Source: Candidatus Dojkabacteria bacterium
GTDB taxonomy: Bacteria; Patescibacteriota; Dojkabacteria; B142; OLB20
DNA: 64,000 nt
Reading direction: 5' to 3'
NCBI GenBank assembly: GCA_046753765.1
Contig: JBHHUN010000004.1
Coordinates: 5,359 to 69,358, forward strand
Shown here: in pieces, positions 61,139 to 64,000 of the stretch
Position numbering within the stretch: position 1 is the stretch's first letter
Layout of the letters: each line of letters begins with the position of its first letter
Program-made: the position numbers and the translations under genes
The notes under the pieces: generated by a model
Databases searched by the model: none
What the model was told of the DNA's origin: nothing
Seen by the model: the letters and a program-made list of their open reading frames with translations, nothing else

Positions 61139-61389
61139 CCCTAAATTCCAAAACGGACTGCAACGGTATAATCGTTGCAGTTCAAGCAAAAGTCTTACGG
61201 AAGAATTCCATTTTCTCTTCTTCTGTCATTTTCGCAATATTCTTCATATGAAAGAATATAACAAATAAGCAAATTATATCCTTCATGCTAAATGACCTAA
61301 GGCGAATCGAACACCACCATAAATAATAAGATGCGACAGATAAACATTGGATACTCCCCTGCAGTGAATAGTAATGGACTTTAGATAAT

Positions 61390-61900
61390 TTAGATTAGAC
61401 CATACAAGCGCCAAGCAAGGTGGGGAAAGCGAAGAGATGAAAGGATACCCGCTACCAGATATCGGAATCTCATCAAGGAAAACATCCCAACAGATCCCAA
61501 TCACACATATGTGAGCGATTTCACCTACATAAGGCACTATGGAAAGTTTGTGTACCTGTCTACATGCATGGATATCTGTACCAGAGAGATAGTAGGCTGG
61601 GATGTATCAACCAGACATACCAAAGACTTTGTGATAGGAGCATTAATGGATAGCTTCATCAATACGGGTTTCAAGCTACCAAAGATAGTGCATTCAGATC
61701 AGGGTAGTGAGTATAGAAGCAGGGAGTATACGGAGATAGTGGAAGGACTGGGGATACAGATATCTATGAGTTCCAAAGGATCACCGTGGGAGAATGGTTA
61801 CCAGGAGAGTTTCTACAACAACTTCAAGACTGAGTTGGGACTTGAGTTTGAGAGATTTCAGACGTTAGGTGAACTAGTTGAGGGTATCCACCAAACCCTC
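61390..61900 (+). mobile_element. IS3-family transposase fragment (DDE integrase core), truncated at both ends
   Basis: NHTYVSDFTYI, MDICTREIVGW, HSDQGSEY, SMSSKGSPWENGYQESF. No HTH region and no YYN..R.H C-terminus. Confidence 0.88.
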
Positions 61901-61988
61901 TCAGAAATCCAATATCTCGAATGTCAATAAAACTGTTTTCATTTTTTACGTATTCACCATTTATATAGTTAATTGTTGGTTTTGTCAT
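61888..61988 (-). pseudogene. N-terminal fragment of a class IV aminotransferase
   Basis: MTKPTINYINGEYVKNENSFIDIRDIGFLRGFG, which then runs into the IS fragment. Confidence 0.7.
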
Positions 61989-61997
61989 ATGTTTTTT

Positions 61998-62612
61998 TTA
62001 AATAGTATTCAGTAATGCTGCCACTGAGTTCAAAATAGGTGTATCAACTATTTTTTGTTCTTTGTCCGTGAGTTCACTGAAAAATGTTTCTTTATCGTTT
62101 ACATTCACTTTAATAATTGACGAGAGAAAATAATCTGGTAAGAGGACATTACTAATCTCATCCACCAAGGTGCACTCAATTTTAGATAGTTTACTTTCAA
62201 GTAGGTCACTTGTACAAAGTGCATGGCCATATCTGAGCTCCATATTAATTCTACCGCCAAATCTTTTTGCAAGGTCTGTGTAGTATGTGATTGCTACTTC
62301 ATCATTGAATTTTCCATACTTTTCAATAACTGGACTTTTAATACTTAGTTTCGGGCTACTGAGCTCTGGAACATTATGAAACTGAATAGTATCATCTTGT
62401 GTAATTACAGGTAACTTATCGTATAGCTGTTTCCAGTAGTATTGTGCCTTATTTTTAGCAATATCTTGCGGAGTAGGACCTATTTCTTCTGGTTCAGAAA
62501 TCTCATACTGCAAATCTGCAAGGGATAAAATTTCGTATTGTGATTTATCTAATAGATTGTTAATTCTAGTTACTTTGTTTTTGTTTGTTGTAGCAAAGAT
62601 AACTTGTTTCAT
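61998..62612 (-). CDS. Ham1/ITPase-like non-canonical NTP pyrophosphatase family protein
   Basis: VIFATTNKNK, EPEE.G.T...A.NKA..Y, VITQDD. Confidence 0.7.
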   Translation of the reverse strand: MKQVIFATTNKNKVTRINNLLDKSQYEILSLADLQYEISEPEEIGPTPQDIAKNKAQYYWKQLYDKLPVITQDDTIQFHNVPELSSPKLSIKSPVIEKYGKFNDEVAITYYTDLAKRFGGRINMELRYGHALCTSDLLESKLSKIECTLVDEISNVLLPDYFLSSIIKVNVNDKETFFSELTDKEQKIVDTPILNSVAALLNTI

Positions 62613-62633
62613 TTGTTTTAAATAATAATAAAA

Positions 62634-62939
62634 TTACCAAACATACTTACTAGGTGATTTATAAAATTCTGTTAATTTATCAGATTGTGTCCTAGTCATT
62701 AAGTTCTTCTCAATCGCTACATTCTGTAAATATGAAAAATCAGTAAGGCCCTTGTGCACTATACCCCTCTTTTTAAATTCCCCCCATTTATTTTCAAAGC
62801 CATACTTAGACATAATTCCATTTGTCCATACAATCCAATCCTTCTTGACTTGTGAATCCTTCACGAGATAGGCTTTACTATTGATAATTAATTTTGCTAC
62901 TTTTTTGGCGATGGACTTGCCCCATATAACTTTATTCAC
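62634..62939 (-). pseudogene. Orotate-phosphoribosyltransferase-like gene with central in-frame deletion
   Basis: N-terminus (VAKLII..KAY...WTNGI) is joined directly to a C-terminus (YGF...F...G....LTDF..L...A); no PRPP-binding VEDxxxTG motif. Confidence 0.55.
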
Positions 62940-63345
62940 TGCTTATATTTTTGATAAATTTAAGTACACTTTCTATAGTATTTTCTAACTTTTCGTCTTT
63001 ATTCTCTATAGTAGTCATAGGCATGTTCTTTTTATAAGAAGCAGAAAGTTGTTCCCACTTTCGGTCACATAAAAATTGGTGGTGTTTTATTTGTTCGATC
63101 TTTTGTATTCTATCTCGTTGTGATTGGTTACTGTCCTTAGTTCTTCGTTCTAGTATTTCATCGGGGGCAGAAAACAACTGAATTATTCCCGCAGACATAT
63201 TAAGAAGCCACTGTGGAACCTCGACATCCGTTAAGTAATCTACTTTGTCTTTGTCCAGATATAGAGCAAAAACAAGATGAGATAGAAGTAAGATATGGTT
63301 GTACTTGCCTACTGCATTAATACCGTATACTAAAAATAAACTCAT
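62932..63345 (-). pseudogene. P-loop nucleotide kinase-like gene, probably internally deleted
   Basis: VYGINAVGK lacks the following S/T and helix; lid motif APDEILERRTKD...RD. Confidence 0.5.
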
Positions 63346-63357
63346 AAATAAGAAAAA

Positions 63358-63805
63358 TTAAAGTAAAATTTTAGAAAATAACGAATAGTCTTTTTTTGAT
63401 TCTTCTTTCCATCTATATTTATAGTCAAGATTTTCTTTGTGAATCTCTTTTACTAGGTCAATCGTATTTTCTAAACTGATCCTTTTAGATATATGAGATA
63501 TGGTTTCGTGGATACCTATTCCCTCATCGATCAGAGTCGTCATCAACACTTCGGGCATACTTCTAGTTCCCCAGTACTTCTGTGCATTAACTGCTTCGCA
63601 ATTCGCTAGGTCAATATCAGCTGTAATCAACGTCGGTTTACAAGATTCTGTTTTGGAAAGTATCTCGCCAAAAGGAGAAACAATACAGGTACCAGCCATT
63701 TGTTCTACTCCAAAGCTGGATCCAGCTCGTGCAACAGAAACAATAAATGTCCCTTCACAAACAGCTTGTGCCCGAAGAGGTAAATAATGAAACTTATATG
63801 GGTAC
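63358..63805 (-). pseudogene. Carbon-nitrogen hydrolase (nitrilase family) C-terminal fragment
   Basis: LRAQAVCEGTFIVSVARAG...GTCIVSPFGEIL...LITADIDL; the 5' part is cut at repeat copy 2. Confidence 0.7.
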
Positions 63806-63892
63806 TCAGTACGCTATTAAATTTGATCTCGGTTGATTGCATTGCTCAACCGAACTTTTCATTATATCACGATATTCACACTGATATACTAT
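63803..63892 (+). repeat. 90-bp direct repeat, copy 2
   Basis: 87/90 identical to 61049-61138. Confidence 0.95.
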
Positions 63893-63932
63893 TTGTATAG
63901 GCCAAGGCACACGTATCATGTTACAATCCCTA

Positions 63933-64000
63933 ATGCCAAACGAGAATCAGCCGCTAAAAGCAAAGAGAATTCGTAATATCGCAATCATAGCCCACGTTGA
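63933..64000 (+). CDS. Translational GTPase, probably TypA/BipA (partial)
   Basis: MPNENQPLKAKRIRNIAIIAHV(D); TGTTACAAT lies 5 nt upstream of the ATG. Confidence 0.7.
   Translation, partial: MPNENQPLKAKRIRNIAIIAHV

Noticed and set aside
61390-61930. Active IS3 element as the cause of the island
   Set aside because: The transposase is truncated at both ends, I found no terminal inverted repeats, and IS3 makes 3-5 bp rather than 90 bp duplications.
61049-63892. Direct repeats as DGR template/variable repeats or CRISPR repeats
   Set aside because: There are only two copies, they are non-coding, the mismatches are not adenine-specific on either strand, and no reverse transcriptase or cas gene is in the window.

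Overview
Chromosomal window from a small-genome bacterium using genetic code 11. It is most likely CPR/Patescibacteria, possibly Dojkabacteria. That assignment is an inference from the missing rpmD/L30, AT-rich leaders with no clear Shine-Dalgarno motif, a chromosomal PrgI/VirB4 locus and the surface-protein types. The left end carries a carbohydrate block: partial phosphomannomutase, gapN, and a GT4-GH57-debranching enzyme-GH15 glycogen operon. Next come T-box-preceded thrS, tRNA-Gly(TCC), hpf, thpR, a sortase with a divergent candidate substrate, secA, an ABC exporter, a DsbA-family gene and RNase P RNA. A PEGA / SDR-DUF4012 / greA / PrgI / VirB4 operon follows. The centre is the tuf-S10-spc-alpha-rplM-rpsI ribosomal cluster, with no adk or rpmD, and fusA separated from rpsG/rpsL. 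The right end has carD, a DEAD-box helicase, a decaying AT-rich island of about 2.7 kb bounded by 90-bp direct repeats, and the start of a TypA-like GTPase. The most notable observations are altered guanine-specificity (NKxD) motifs in both EF-Tu and EF-G, a compact T-box, several apparent pseudoenzyme or sensor fusions, a sortase substrate candidate with no transmembrane tail, and the promoter-duplicating island. All assignments come from motif recognition only; no searches were run.
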